Below, in pieces: positions 62,634-64,000 of a stretch of DNA of 64,000 bases. Every line of letters begins with the position of its first letter. The first letter of the stretch is position 1. The DNA is from Octopus sinensis (lineage: Eukaryota). Below the pieces are notes generated by a model, which was not told the DNA's origin, did not search any database, and saw only the letters and a list, made by a program, of their open reading frames with translations. The position numbers were made by a program, and so were the translations under genes. Location of the stretch: positions 13,144,001-13,208,000 of the forward strand of contig NC_043014.1 of assembly GCF_006345805.1 (NCBI RefSeq), in the 5' to 3' direction.

Positions 62634-64000
62634 CCAACAGAGGGACCAGCAATCCGAGTTGACAGTTCCTTAGTAGTTAAGGCAATTACAGGCATGAAAA
62701 CAGGGAAAGCCCCAGGCCCATCAGGTATTACTGCAGAGATGCTCAAAATATCTGGTAGTGTCGGTTATAGCCTACTCACCCGTATAGTTAACCAGGTGAT
62801 ACACGAAGGAGTCATTCCCAATGACTGGTGTAGCAGCATAATAGTCAGCTGCTACAAAGGTAAAGGTGACGCCCTAGATACAAATAACTACAGGGGTATC
62901 AAGCTGCTGGATCAGGTAATGAAGGTTACAGAGAGGGTTATAGCCCAACTAATTAGAGAGAGAATTAGCTTAGATGCGATGCAGTTCGGGTTCGTGCCAG
63001 GGAGAAGTACTACTGATGCTATATTCCTGGTAAGACAGCTGCAGGAGAAATACCTAGCCAAAGATAAGCCTCTGTACCTGGCTTTTGTTGACATGGAGAA
63101 AGCCTTCGACAGGGTCCCCCGATCCCTTATCTGGTGGTCAATGAGGAAACTAGGGATAGATGAATGGTTAGTTAGAGTTGTGCGAGCCATGTACAGAGAC
63201 GCTGCTAGTAAGGTGAGGGTTGGCAATGAGTACAGTGAAGAATTCCAGGTAGAGGTTGGGGTCCACCAAGGTTCAGTCCTCAGTCCCCTCCTATTTATCA
63301 TAGTCCTCCAGGCAATAACGGAGGAATACAAGACAGCATGCCCCTGGGAGCTCCTCTATGCTGATGACCTTGCTCTAATTGCTGAGTCACTATCAGAACT
63401 GGAGGAGAAGTTTCAGGTGTGGAAGCAAGGTCTAGAATCAAAGGGCCTCAGAATCAATCTAGCCAAAACCAAAGTCCTAATAAGTAGGAAAGTAGACAAG
63501 TCACAAACGCCTTCGGGTAGATGGCCCTGCTCGATCTGTAAAAAAGGTGTAGGTAGAGACTCTATAAGGTGCACCAAGTGCAAGCTATGGACACATAAGA
63601 GGTGTAGCAATGTCAAAGGAAGGCTAACTAGGAAAATAGTTTTTGTCTGTGGCAGATGCTCAGGAGCAATAAACACTGAAAATGTGCAGAGACCAACGTC
63701 TACCATGTTCCAGGGAGAAAAACTAGAAGTAGTTGATAGCTTCCACTACCTAGGTGACCAAGTCAGTAGCGGGGGTGGGTGTGCTGAAAGTGTAACTGCT
63801 AGAGTAAGAATAGCCTGGGCAAAGTTTAGAGAGCTCTTACCCCTGCTGGTGACAAAAGGCCTCTCACTCAGAGTAAAAGGCAGACTGTATGATGCATGTG
63901 TACATACAGCCATGCTACATGGTAGTGAAACATGGGCTGTGACTGCTGAGGATATGCGTAAGCTCGCAAGAAATGAAGCCAGTATGCTCCGATGGATGTG
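62634..64000 (+). CDS. RTE-clade LINE reverse transcriptase ORF (5'-truncated, open to the window end) with inserted PHD finger
   Basis: Translated by hand with no stop from 62634 to 64000 (first ATG at 62694). Motifs: KTGKAPGPSG, NNYRGIKLL, QFGFVPGRSTTDAI, AFVDMEKAFDRV, GVHQGSVLSPLLF, LLYADD (63357-63368), C4HC3 finger (63528-63659), FHYLGD, AWAKF and MLHGSETW. Confidence 0.95.

Noticed and set aside
62912-63706. Minus-strand ORFs of 139 aa and 97 aa
   Set aside because: They are antisense shadows of the RTE RT ORF.

Overview
This is eukaryotic, AT-rich, almost entirely non-coding DNA packed with transposable elements and microsatellites. The repeat repertoire looks like an octopus (coleoid cephalopod) genome; that assignment is my inference and was not searched. 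No host gene could be called with confidence, and most ORFs in the supplied track are microsatellite or antisense artefacts. The only long intact reading frame is a 5'-truncated RTE-clade LINE ORF (62634 to the window end, about 455 codons, RT with YADD plus an inserted C4HC3 PHD finger), which the ORF track missed because it has no stop in the window. Decayed coding remnants represent RTE, CR1, Tx1/L1, R4/Dong-like, HERO-like and Penelope retroelements, a DD35D pogo/Fot1-like transposase with a PHD finger, and a Helitron. Non-autonomous elements include three tRNA-type SINE families, piggyBac-like and Merlin-like MITEs, a foldback element and tandem mini-Helitrons. I found no well-supported new biological system. 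The best leads are a variant minimal hammerhead-ribozyme motif (41504-41541), a Helitron with permuted RepHel fragments, a perfect 26-bp GC-rich hairpin (22046-22107), a hairpin-sequestered splice donor (22402-22453), a spacerless foldback palindrome (58455-58590), and a CpG-decayed/intact/decayed partition that suggests two methylated gene bodies flanking an unmethylated interval. Coordinates with stated TSDs or termini were counted directly; the others are approximate.
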